DNA from: Patescibacteria group bacterium
Lineage (GTDB): Bacteria; Patescibacteriota; Saccharimonadia; UBA4664; SCTI01
Length of the DNA: 64,000 bases
Direction of reading: 5' to 3'
NCBI GenBank assembly: GCA_004297735.1
Contig: SCTI01000002.1
Location: 256,160-320,159, forward strand
This document shows, piece by piece, positions 42,735 through 52,016 of this stretch. A program made the translations under genes and the position numbers. The number at the start of each line of letters is the position of its first letter. Position 1 is the stretch's first letter. Below the pieces are notes generated by a model. That model had not been told where the DNA came from. It worked only from the letters and a program-made list of their open reading frames with translations, and made no database searches.

Positions 42735-44644
42735 TGGGGCTTTTTGGTAAAAAACCAGATCAAGATCCGGTAGCGCTGGCCGAAGCCCAGCGGTTACGCG
42801 AACAACAAGAAGCCGAGGCGATCTACCGCCAGGGCATTGTGAGTCTACGCGACCTAATCGCGCCTCCATCACTCGAAATTGCTGGCGACCACCTGCGAGT
42901 AGGCACCCGGTTTGCTCGTACCTTATACGTGTACGGTTACCCGCGACAGATTTACACCGGCTGGTTGAGCCCAATCATCAACCTCGATGAGGTGCTCGAC
43001 ATCAGTATGTTTATCTACCCGGTTGAGAGCCAGGTGGTTCTAAACAACCTACGCCGAAAGGTGGGTCAGCTCGAAGCCAGCTACGCCATCAACCAAGAAA
43101 AGGGGAGGGTTCGTGACCCAGCCCTAGAGGCAGCCATTCTCGATGCCGAAGAACTACGTGACAAGCTGCAGGTGGGCGAGGAGCGATTCTTCCGCTTTGG
43201 ACTTTACGTTACCATCTACGGCGATAGCATGGATGAGATTAAAAATGTTCAACGAAAACTTGAGGGAATCTTTGGTCAGTCGCTGGTATACAGTAAGCCG
43301 GCCAGCATGCAAATGGAGCCAGGCTTTAACTCAACCCTGCCGATGGCTAACGACCAGCTTCAGGTTAGCCGCAACATGAACACCGGGGCGCTATCGACCA
43401 GCTTCCCATTTACCTCGGCCGAACTCAGCCACAACGAAGGCGTGCTTTACGGCGTCAACCGTCACAACAACGGCTTGGTTTTGTTTGACCGCTTTACGCT
43501 CGAAAACGCCAATATGGTGGTATTCGCTAAGTCCGGTGGCGGTAAGTCGTTTGCGGTTAAACTAGAGGCCTTGCGCAGCTTAATGATCGGTACCGAGGTA
43601 TTGGTAATCGACCCCGAAAACGAGTATCAAACCCTGTGCGAAGCGGTTGGTGGTAGCTATTTGCGACTGAGCCTAGCCTCACAGAACCGCCTTAACCCGT
43701 TTGATCTACCGCACGTACTCGATAGCGAGGATGCCGATAACGCCCTGCGGGCCAACATCATCACCCTGCACGGCCTGCTACGGCTAATGATGGGTGGTGA
43801 CGCCGCGCCGCTCAGCCCGGCCGAAGACGCCGACTTAGATGTGGCCATTATTAATACCTACGCAAAGGCCGGTATTACTAACGATCCGCTAACTCATAGC
43901 GCCACGCCACCAACCATGAATGACCTTCATAAAACTTTAAGTGAGATGAGTGGAAACGGTCCGTCATTGGCCCAGCGCTTACGCAAGTACACCACCGGCA
44001 CCTTTGCTGGAATCTTTAGTGAGCAGTCCAACGTTGATTTGTATAACAAGTTCGTGGTGTTTAATATTCGCGACCTCGAAGACGAGCTGCGCCCGGTCGG
44101 TATGTACATTGTGCTCAACTACATCTGGAACAAGGTTAAATCCGACAAGCGCCGGCGTATCTTGGTGGTTGATGAGGCCTGGCAGTTAATGAAGTATGAA
44201 GATTCGGCCAACTTTATGTTTAGTATTGCCAAGCGAGCCCGTAAATACCAGCTGGGCCTAACCACGATTTCGCAGGACGTTGATGACTTTTTGAGCTCAC
44301 GTATGGGTCGAGCGGTGGTCAGTAACTCTTCGCTACAACTTCTACTTAAGCAAGCGCCGTCTTCGGTCGACATTGTGGGTGAGACCTTTAAGCTGACTAG
44401 CGAGGAAAAGAGCCGGTTGACCAGTTTTCCGGTGGGCGAGGGGCTGTTCTTTGCCGGGTTGAACCATGTGGTTATGCGAATTTTGGCCTCCCAAACCGAG
44501 AGCCAGTTGATTACCACCAGCCCGCAACAGGTGGCAGCCCAGCAGGCGGCCCAGCAGTATCAACAGGAGGCCCAACAAGCGGCTCCTCCACCGGCAAGCC
44601 AACCACTGGAGACAGGAGAGCAGGAGCTAAACAGTGCCGGTTGA
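42734..44644 (+). CDS. VirB4-family ATPase, C-terminal NTPase domain ORF
   Basis: Walker A is FAKSGGGKSF and Walker B is RILVVDEAWQLM. The VirB4-type C-terminal motifs are present. The start is GTG. Confidence 0.85.
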   Translation: MGLFGKKPDQDPVALAEAQRLREQQEAEAIYRQGIVSLRDLIAPPSLEIAGDHLRVGTRFARTLYVYGYPRQIYTGWLSPIINLDEVLDISMFIYPVESQVVLNNLRRKVGQLEASYAINQEKGRVRDPALEAAILDAEELRDKLQVGEERFFRFGLYVTIYGDSMDEIKNVQRKLEGIFGQSLVYSKPASMQMEPGFNSTLPMANDQLQVSRNMNTGALSTSFPFTSAELSHNEGVLYGVNRHNNGLVLFDRFTLENANMVVFAKSGGGKSFAVKLEALRSLMIGTEVLVIDPENEYQTLCEAVGGSYLRLSLASQNRLNPFDLPHVLDSEDADNALRANIITLHGLLRLMMGGDAAPLSPAEDADLDVAIINTYAKAGITNDPLTHSATPPTMNDLHKTLSEMSGNGPSLAQRLRKYTTGTFAGIFSEQSNVDLYNKFVVFNIRDLEDELRPVGMYIVLNYIWNKVKSDKRRRILVVDEAWQLMKYEDSANFMFSIAKRARKYQLGLTTISQDVDDFLSSRMGRAVVSNSSLQLLLKQAPSSVDIVGETFKLTSEEKSRLTSFPVGEGLFFAGLNHVVMRILASQTESQLITTSPQQVAAQQAAQQYQQEAQQAAPPPASQPLETGEQELNSAG

Positions 44645-47552
44645 GGAACGTGATCGTCAAATTGCCGGTGGGGCATCTGACGATGCTGCGGCAGCGAAAC
44701 GAGCAGCTAAAGCCGAGGAGGCTCGTGAACTTGGTTTATATATTCCAGAAGATTTTGTCGATAATCCACAGAATCCAGGTAGCAACACTGGTATTGCAAA
44801 GCCCGATAGCACTGAAGAAAATCTAAAGGGTAGTGATGACTCCCAAATGCGGCGGGTTGGCCGAATGCGCGGTCTGGCTGACCGGGCGGTCACGCAGTTT
44901 AGGGGACTGAGCGGTAATCGGCGGGTGGTTGCCGCCGTACTGGGTGGCGGCGGAATTGTTGGCATTATGATAGCGCTGTTTTTAACCTTTGCTCAGTTTA
45001 AGCTCATTCACATGATGGAGAATATGGCTGATCATTTATTTTCGCGCAACCAGCACATGTTTGAGGTTCGCCGTGACGTTTATATGCGCGAGTTTTACAA
45101 TAACTACCTTGGTGCGCCGGATAGCAACATCGACGATAGCACCGCCACTCTCAGCCAACAGATTATGCGTCGAATGAAGGATGGGTTAGAGCCTCGGCTA
45201 AACGAAAAGTACAAGGTTGAGGTTAAAGCTGATCCAGCTAGCCCGCGCTACAAACGCGTAAAGTTTACCGACAAGCGGACCGGCCAAGTGACCGAGTTTA
45301 GTACCGCGTTTACTAATAGTGAGGACCGGCGCCGTGCCCGGGAGTTCAATAAGCAGGTTAGCCGTGAAATAACCCGAGACGATGGCTGGCTCAAGCGAGT
45401 CTGGTTTAAGGGGCGGATGACTAGAATAACCGGCACTAAATGGAACTGGCTTGATCCAATCAAGCAGCCATACAATAAAGCCAAGTTGGCCGCCTCCAAT
45501 CAAGTAGCAAAGTTTCTTTTAAGCGACCAGAGTAAGGCGTCTGGACTGCGTAAGCAGTTGATTTCAAAACTCTTTGGCGACACCGATATTGAGGATAGCG
45601 TGAATTCAGAAATTAGCACGGCCGCGAGCGCCGATGACGCCCAAAAACTTTTATCTGAAAAAATAACCTCGGCGGCCTCAAAGGGGGTTAGCACTGTCGG
45701 TTTGGCGGTATTGGCGGTTCAGGTTGGTTGTTCAATCGACGACCTATTATCTAAAGACACCTTCAATAAGGCTGTGCGACAAAAGATGGAGATTGAGTAT
45801 ATGACTCAATACGCCTCAATGATTAGTAAATCTAGTCAGCTAAAACTCGGTAAAACCGACGGCAATACGGTTAATGCCCACATGGCTATGATGACCTTTA
45901 CCGATAAAAACGGTAGGCCCCATGATGTGGCGGAAAGTAATAATTACCGCCGGGCTACCGGAGAAAAGGTCGACTACCACCCAACCGATAACTGCAATGA
46001 TTATTCTGAACTATGTGAAGCAAAGCTACCCGGTAAAGCCACCAGCGACCACGCCATTGCTGGTAACTTTTTGGCGGGAGCAGGAGCGGCTAGCTCAGCC
46101 TACAACTCCACCGCTTACCAGGTTGCAGCTAAGGTTATACCGTTACCTGGAATTCCAGGCAGTTTTGGTACCGATGCGGTTTGTTACGCCTGGGATCACG
46201 GAATAAAGCAGATATCAAATGGTGTTGCTGACGTTGTTGATCGCTTACTTAGCGCAGTACCAGTTGTACGTACTGTGTGGGGGGAGATTAAGGGAGCTAG
46301 CGCAGATGTTGTCGGCGCAATTAATGATAAGTTTATGGGCTGGATAGCGGTGTCGGTGGTTGATGCGGATACCACGGGTCCATTCTTAGCTAGCGCCACT
46401 GGCGCAGGCGGTAGCCTAGCGGCGGCTTCAGCGGCTGGATCACCGGTAGGAACCGATGCGACCGGAGATGACAGCCAGGCTTGTCACAATAAATCAGCCG
46501 AGGAAAAAGCCCAAGATGATAGCTTTTGCGGCAAACCATTAAGTCGAGATCAAATCGCCCAGACAGATCGTGTGATTGCGCAGGAAGAGTATGAAGACGC
46601 TAAAAACGCTCCTTTCATGACCAAGATTGCCTCGCTCGACACACCTTACTCTCTAGCTAGCAAAGTGGTGGACGCAATCCCTGCCTCACCCCAAACTCTT
46701 ACCGATCGCACCAGCCAGTTTATTATTGCTGCCACCAATCCACACTCGCTAATGAAAGCCCTGCGTAACCTACCTAACGCGCTGTCGCCACAAGCCATAG
46801 CCTCCCAGGGCCAGGGTTCGCTGGTAGTAAACAGTGATGGCACCGATCAGTACAACACCCGCATTTACGGTCATACCGAAGAAGATCTACAAAAACCCCT
46901 CGATTCACCCGGCTTAGAGAATCTTGATAGGAATACGGGGTGTAGTATTATCGCTGGACTAAAAGGTAAAAAGGACAAGCATGGTGATCCAATAGAACTG
47001 CCTGAGAAATGCGAGATAGATGGTCAAAGTGGAAACTACAGTGTTAATAGCCCAGATACGCCAGACAACCCTGGAGATGTTACGGGTGATGCTAAAACTA
47101 TTGCCCAACACATACTTGACGAAGCTGATAAAGATAATCCAAAAATAATTTTTAACCCTACTATGTATAACTCCCAAGATGAGGCGGATGGATCTACCCC
47201 CCGTAAAAATGTTGAGCAAATTGCCCACGGCCAAAAAGCAAAAACCACTACCACCTGTGGGGGTAGCCGCGGGGGAGCAGTACCGCCAGTATCCGAAGTT
47301 GTACTTAACACAAGCCTACTTAAGTTTATACTTGAGCTTAGTGGTAGAACCACCATCCATATAAACGCACTGGCCGGGCAATGCCACCATGATACATCGT
47401 CAAATCATTACAAGGGCAAGGCTATTGACTTTGGTTGTCCATTAAATGCAAGTGAGGCTGATGCAGTGGGGCGAAAATACGGAATATCGGACGGTACGGG
47501 TGAGTACTGCTCAAATACATCACACTACCACTACTCGGTCGGGGGTCACTAG
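44634..47552 (+). CDS. large bitopic membrane protein with C-terminal LAS/M15-type zinc peptidase motif (putative peptidoglycan hydrolase)
   Basis: The 972-aa product has a single TM (VVAAVLGGGGIVGIMIALFLTF) near residue 100. The C-terminus reads ...HINALAGQCHHDTSSNHYKGKAIDFGC...HYHYSVGGH, carrying the SxHxxGxAxD motif of the M15 family. Confidence 0.6.
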   Translation: MPVEERDRQIAGGASDDAAAAKRAAKAEEARELGLYIPEDFVDNPQNPGSNTGIAKPDSTEENLKGSDDSQMRRVGRMRGLADRAVTQFRGLSGNRRVVAAVLGGGGIVGIMIALFLTFAQFKLIHMMENMADHLFSRNQHMFEVRRDVYMREFYNNYLGAPDSNIDDSTATLSQQIMRRMKDGLEPRLNEKYKVEVKADPASPRYKRVKFTDKRTGQVTEFSTAFTNSEDRRRAREFNKQVSREITRDDGWLKRVWFKGRMTRITGTKWNWLDPIKQPYNKAKLAASNQVAKFLLSDQSKASGLRKQLISKLFGDTDIEDSVNSEISTAASADDAQKLLSEKITSAASKGVSTVGLAVLAVQVGCSIDDLLSKDTFNKAVRQKMEIEYMTQYASMISKSSQLKLGKTDGNTVNAHMAMMTFTDKNGRPHDVAESNNYRRATGEKVDYHPTDNCNDYSELCEAKLPGKATSDHAIAGNFLAGAGAASSAYNSTAYQVAAKVIPLPGIPGSFGTDAVCYAWDHGIKQISNGVADVVDRLLSAVPVVRTVWGEIKGASADVVGAINDKFMGWIAVSVVDADTTGPFLASATGAGGSLAAASAAGSPVGTDATGDDSQACHNKSAEEKAQDDSFCGKPLSRDQIAQTDRVIAQEEYEDAKNAPFMTKIASLDTPYSLASKVVDAIPASPQTLTDRTSQFIIAATNPHSLMKALRNLPNALSPQAIASQGQGSLVVNSDGTDQYNTRIYGHTEEDLQKPLDSPGLENLDRNTGCSIIAGLKGKKDKHGDPIELPEKCEIDGQSGNYSVNSPDTPDNPGDVTGDAKTIAQHILDEADKDNPKIIFNPTMYNSQDEADGSTPRKNVEQIAHGQKAKTTTTCGGSRGGAVPPVSEVVLNTSLLKFILELSGRTTIHINALAGQCHHDTSSNHYKGKAIDFGCPLNASEADAVGRKYGISDGTGEYCSNTSHYHYSVGGH

Positions 47553-47554
47553 GC

Positions 47555-49306
47555 GTGAGAAAGCTTTGCTATATATTTATATGCATTATTACCCTACTTA
47601 CAGTACCTATGCAGGCTTTTGCCGCTGAAAGTATTTCCGATGAAGACTCCGTGTTTTACGGCGCAGAGTGGTATGACCCAAATGGTACATGTTCCGGTAG
47701 TGGTAGTGCTGTTTTTGGACCAGGAACGCTGCCAAGCTCTGTACCTGAACCCTATAATCGGATATTTACCGCAGCCGCCAGGAAATTTAATATTTCTGCA
47801 GCATTTCTTGCTGCAGTGTTTTACGGTGGAGAACACGGGAATAGCTTCCCCGAACCCCCTCCACCATATGGCCACGGTGCACCATGGGCTACTTCTTGGG
47901 CTGCTGCTCAAGGACCTTTTCAATTCCTAGAATCAACATGGCGTAGCTATAAGGTTGACGGAAATGGGGATGGTCGAGAGGATATTCAAGATCTAACAGA
48001 TGGTGCTTTTGGTGGAGCTAAGTACCTTGCGGCACTAGGAGCCAAAAACACCACTAGTGAAGCTAAGCTTCGCAAAGCCGCCGCCGATTACAATGGCATA
48101 CATGATCCAAGCGCATCATATCCAAGTAATGTATGGGCTGCTTACCAGAAGTTTTCTACAGGCTCTCCATCACCCAGCGCCACCTCTTCGCCCTCTGGAG
48201 CCACGCCAGATCCAACCGGTGGTGGTGAGGGGTCGGTGTATATTTTAGGAGATTCATTAATGGTGGGTTCCTACTATGAAGGTAATAAGTATCTAAAAGG
48301 CTTTTTAGATACTAAAAACATCAACGCTTATGTTGATGCGTCGGTTGGCCGGGGAATAAAAAGCGGGGGGTCGGATCCATCAAATAATAGGCCTGCTGCA
48401 GAGAAATCAGGAATCGATGCAGTTGAAATCGACAAAGATGTTATTAAAGATGCCGGAACTATTGTGATTGAGCTTGGGACAAATAAAAGCAGTTCTACTA
48501 ATGCCTTTAAGCAGGATATGAAGGATTTGATTAATAAAGTCAAAAGTATAAATGGGGATGCAAAAATATATTGGGTTAATATTGTATCGGAAAATGACTC
48601 CGATTATACGACATACAATACAATCATTGAACAAGTCACATCTGACGAAAATATTTATTTTATTGATGAAAAATCCAAAAATATTAATTTAGACGGATCA
48701 AAATTACACCCAACCGATGATGGTTATAAAAAATACTCACAAACAATCGCCGATGCAGTTGGTGCAGCTGGTAGTCAAAATGCGGCTGAGTGTACTAGTA
48801 CGGGTGGTGTTGGGGCATCTGGGTATAAAAACCCTCTTAGGGACATTAGGGGTCTCACCCGAATGCGTATTGATATGGGTGTAGATTATGGTGGTAGTGG
48901 TCCTTTTTATGCAATCGGTAATGGTAAAGTAGTGTCAGCTACAACAAGTAGCGGCTGGCCGGGAGGGAATTGGGTTAGCTACCAGCTAACAGATGGGCCG
49001 GCAAAAGATAAGTATGTATATGTGGCGGAAAATTGCAGTATAAAAGTTAGCGTCGGTGATGAGGTTACCTCAGACACGGTTTTATGTGAATTACATGACT
49101 CATACCCCTACTCAGAAACTGGTTGGGCAGTGCCGCCAGACCAAGGGACTACTGCTGCTGCTCATAATGTATATGTTGAGGGTGATGTGACTGCATATGG
49201 TGTTAACTTCTCCGATCTAATGAAGAGTATTGGGGCACCACCAGGTGTAGGTAATCGTAATGCTGCGGTTGGTAGCTTACCTGATGGGTGGCCATCTTGG
49301 AGGTAA
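47555..49306 (+). CDS. secreted multidomain cell-wall hydrolase: lytic transglycosylase (SLT) + SGNH/GDSL + M23-like domain
   Basis: A signal peptide is followed by the SLT motifs ...GGEHGNSF..., AQGPFQFLESTW and AADYNGI. Next is the GDSL block YILGDSLMVGS. The C-terminus reads RIDMGVDYGGSGPFYAIGNGKVV, M23-like but lacking the HxxxD histidine, so it may be degenerate. Confidence 0.75.
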   Translation: MRKLCYIFICIITLLTVPMQAFAAESISDEDSVFYGAEWYDPNGTCSGSGSAVFGPGTLPSSVPEPYNRIFTAAARKFNISAAFLAAVFYGGEHGNSFPEPPPPYGHGAPWATSWAAAQGPFQFLESTWRSYKVDGNGDGREDIQDLTDGAFGGAKYLAALGAKNTTSEAKLRKAAADYNGIHDPSASYPSNVWAAYQKFSTGSPSPSATSSPSGATPDPTGGGEGSVYILGDSLMVGSYYEGNKYLKGFLDTKNINAYVDASVGRGIKSGGSDPSNNRPAAEKSGIDAVEIDKDVIKDAGTIVIELGTNKSSSTNAFKQDMKDLINKVKSINGDAKIYWVNIVSENDSDYTTYNTIIEQVTSDENIYFIDEKSKNINLDGSKLHPTDDGYKKYSQTIADAVGAAGSQNAAECTSTGGVGASGYKNPLRDIRGLTRMRIDMGVDYGGSGPFYAIGNGKVVSATTSSGWPGGNWVSYQLTDGPAKDKYVYVAENCSIKVSVGDEVTSDTVLCELHDSYPYSETGWAVPPDQGTTAAAHNVYVEGDVTAYGVNFSDLMKSIGAPPGVGNRNAAVGSLPDGWPSWR

Positions 49307-50699
49307 TAAGCGAGACGTGATGATAAGAAGAGTAATAACATACATAATTGCTACTACTATTGTTTTAGTGGTTGGGGTGTTTATTTATAACTTTTTCACA
49401 ACCGGATCAATAAAAATAACTACAAATGATCCAGAAAACATTATTACACTCACACCGGTTTCAGATGATGATGATATTAAAGCCAAAGATGCCGAAATAA
49501 AACAGGGTAAAGGTAGTTTAAGTGTCACGGTTCATACGGGTAAATATATTGCATCGGTCGACGGCGGGTCTATTGCAATAACAAAAATAATCAACCTATC
49601 ATCGCATAAGACGATTAGGGAATATTTAAATCCTCAAAAAACAAGCGCCATAGAGCCAGTTGCTAATGAGCCTGGTGTAAATGTATCTGCTGACGACTCT
49701 TCACTTGTATACGTCAATTCCCTTAATAACACACTAAATCGCATATCATCATCAAATAACATTATAAAGTTAAGCGATGTTAAGTTTAAGGTTATTAAGT
49801 GGGCTAACCCAAACTTTGGTTTTGGCCAGGGTGTAGACAACAGTTTTTATATTATTAAAAATGGATCTGTATTAAAATTATCAACTCCGGCTGATGTGGG
49901 TGATAGTAATATAGTAAACTTTGATGTGTCGCCAGATGAAAAAATATATTTTTCGTGGAACGGTAAAATTTATAAATATTCAGGTAAAGAATTTATTGAG
50001 ATATATAAATCAAAAACATCACACCCCAACCTTATAGCGTCGGTAAATGGTGTGATTGCTTTAGATAGTAGTGGTGACGCCCGTGCTGGAAACACTGAGC
50101 CAATAATGGCTTTTATTAAAAATAAAGGTGTTAAAAAGCAAAAAATTGAAGCCTATACCGGATCTTGGTCACCCAGCGGTAAGTACCTTGCCACCAGTAG
50201 TGATTCTGGTAGTAATATTTATGATGATAACCTTAGGGAGGTTGCGGTCATACCTAGCCAAAATATCAACTCTCCTACATGGTTAAACGATTACACGTTA
50301 TTATATGGTATTCAAGATGGTCTATGGTCGTATAATATCCAAAATCAGCAGGCTCACAAGATTGCCAATATACCTCTAGCTGAGCCAATATCGGAAATAC
50401 AGATTAGTCATAATAAAGAGTATGCCTATGTGGTGGTTGGCGAAGAAGGAACCGCTTCCATTAAAAGAATTGGTATTAATAACCAAACAACCCCTAAGGT
50501 TGTTTTAGCACTACAAAACCTTTTACCATTAACCTTAAGTCAATCTACTATACAACTAATAAATTTTTCTGGTAAGCCGGCGGTTGTTGTTAAGCCTATA
50601 CCCGGAATACCCCAAACAAACTATCAGCAAGAAGCTCAAAATGAACTTAAATTAGACGGCATAGATCTTAATCAAATAGAGTTAAGGTTTGGTGGTTAG
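49260..50699 (+). CDS. membrane-anchored beta-propeller-like protein (PD40/TolB-like repeats), AT-rich gene
   Basis: There is an N-terminal TM anchor (ITYIIATTIVLVVGVFIYNFF). The start may instead be ATG 49320 (MIRRV). PD40-like strands are present (SWSPSGKYLATSSDSG). The GC content, about 33%, is far below the window average. Confidence 0.5.
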   Translation: MLRLVAYLMGGHLGGNKRDVMIRRVITYIIATTIVLVVGVFIYNFFTTGSIKITTNDPENIITLTPVSDDDDIKAKDAEIKQGKGSLSVTVHTGKYIASVDGGSIAITKIINLSSHKTIREYLNPQKTSAIEPVANEPGVNVSADDSSLVYVNSLNNTLNRISSSNNIIKLSDVKFKVIKWANPNFGFGQGVDNSFYIIKNGSVLKLSTPADVGDSNIVNFDVSPDEKIYFSWNGKIYKYSGKEFIEIYKSKTSHPNLIASVNGVIALDSSGDARAGNTEPIMAFIKNKGVKKQKIEAYTGSWSPSGKYLATSSDSGSNIYDDNLREVAVIPSQNINSPTWLNDYTLLYGIQDGLWSYNIQNQQAHKIANIPLAEPISEIQISHNKEYAYVVVGEEGTASIKRIGINNQTTPKVVLALQNLLPLTLSQSTIQLINFSGKPAVVVKPIPGIPQTNYQQEAQNELKLDGIDLNQIELRFGG

Positions 50700-50950
50700 T
50701 AGTTAATATTTATAACTAAGTGTTTCACCTTATTAAATTTACCCTTAATCTCAACCTGCATAAACCTTAACTCACTAGCGATACTAGCGCTTTTTGTGGT
50801 AACTCGTAATACGCCATCGTTGATACTAACGGCTCGACATTTACCAGGAAATACCTTGTCCAGATAGCATTGAACCTCACTTAAAGTATCACCGCGCTCT
50901 AAGCCCAGCTGACTGGCTTTGCGCTGTAGGTAATCATTTATACCATCCAT
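50696..50950 (-). CDS. DUF721-domain protein (DciA-like), downstream of recF
   Basis: The product is about 85 aa when started at the internal ATG (MDGINDYLQRKASQLGL...), with an ...LRVTTKSASIASELRF... pattern. Its position after recF is the canonical DUF721 location. Confidence 0.55.
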   Translation of the reverse strand: MDGINDYLQRKASQLGLERGDTLSEVQCYLDKVFPGKCRAVSINDGVLRVTTKSASIASELRFMQVEIKGKFNKVKHLVININY

Positions 50951-50951
50951 A

Positions 50952-52010
50952 CTAAACTCGCGCCTTAGGATTGGTGTAAATGGTGTGAGCATCAAGCTGG
51001 CTAGCCATATCGCCATCGGTGGTGGTGATAATTACCTGGTGACCGTCAAACGCCTGAGTGAGTAGGGTACGGCGCTGGTCATCAAGCTCACTAAACACAT
51101 CGTCTAGTAATAAAATAGGGGATATACCGGTGGCTTGTTTAATATAAGTTAACTCCGCTAATTTAAGAGTTAATACAACCGTACGAATCTCGCCACGAGA
51201 GGCTACCGTGGTTATGTCGCTATCCTTGAAGTTAACTTCCATATCATCTCGGTGCGGGCCGATAGTGGTAAAGCCGGCACCGAGATCGCGCGCCTGATTT
51301 GCTTCTAGTAGTCTAATAAAGTGACTAGGATAATCTAATGGATCTGCGGCGCCAAGATAATTAAGTTCAACCGGCTCAGCTTTGCCGGCGATTTTAGCGT
51401 AGCTTGATTCGGCTAATTTATTAATGTGATCCACCACCTGACGCCGCGCCGCATCAATATCGGCAGCTAGTTCTGCTAATTTAACATTCCAGGCAAAAAG
51501 CTCTGCGGTATCACCGGTCCAATCTGATAATAAACGATTACGCTGCTGCAAAACCCGGCGGTAACGATGAGTTAAGGTTAAATAGTTGGGGTTGGTTTGA
51601 GTTAAGATAAAATCAAGATAACGGCGGCGGCGATCTGGGGCACCAAGAATAAGTTGAGTATCGTTCGGTTCAAATAGTACCACCTTAAGCCGACTAAGGT
51701 GTTTTATTAACGACTGTTTATTGCCCTGGTGGTAGGCGCGCTTTTCGGTGTTTTGGTCATTTTTTTGATACCCTAAACCAATCTCACCATCAGTTGTGTC
51801 GGCGGTTAAACGGTAAAAAGATTCACCGTGGCGAATTAACTCGGTGTCTTTGGCACGGAATGATTTCGTGGTAGCGAGCACGAATACGGCTTCGAGTAGA
51901 TTGGTTTTACCGGTAGCGTTTGGTCCAACCACCACGGTTAACTTTGGATTAAGATCGGTTGTAAATTCCGAATACGAACGGAAGTTGGTTAGGGTTAAGC
52001 GTGAGATCAC
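50952..52010 (-). CDS. recF: DNA replication and repair protein RecF
   Basis: The N-terminus is MISRLTLTNFRSYSEF...VVGPNATGKTNLLEAV (Walker A). The C-terminal signature region is LLLDDVFSELD. Confidence 0.93.
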   Translation of the reverse strand: MISRLTLTNFRSYSEFTTDLNPKLTVVVGPNATGKTNLLEAVFVLATTKSFRAKDTELIRHGESFYRLTADTTDGEIGLGYQKNDQNTEKRAYHQGNKQSLIKHLSRLKVVLFEPNDTQLILGAPDRRRRYLDFILTQTNPNYLTLTHRYRRVLQQRNRLLSDWTGDTAELFAWNVKLAELAADIDAARRQVVDHINKLAESSYAKIAGKAEPVELNYLGAADPLDYPSHFIRLLEANQARDLGAGFTTIGPHRDDMEVNFKDSDITTVASRGEIRTVVLTLKLAELTYIKQATGISPILLLDDVFSELDDQRRTLLTQAFDGHQVIITTTDGDMASQLDAHTIYTNPKARV

Positions 52011-52016
52011 AATGCC

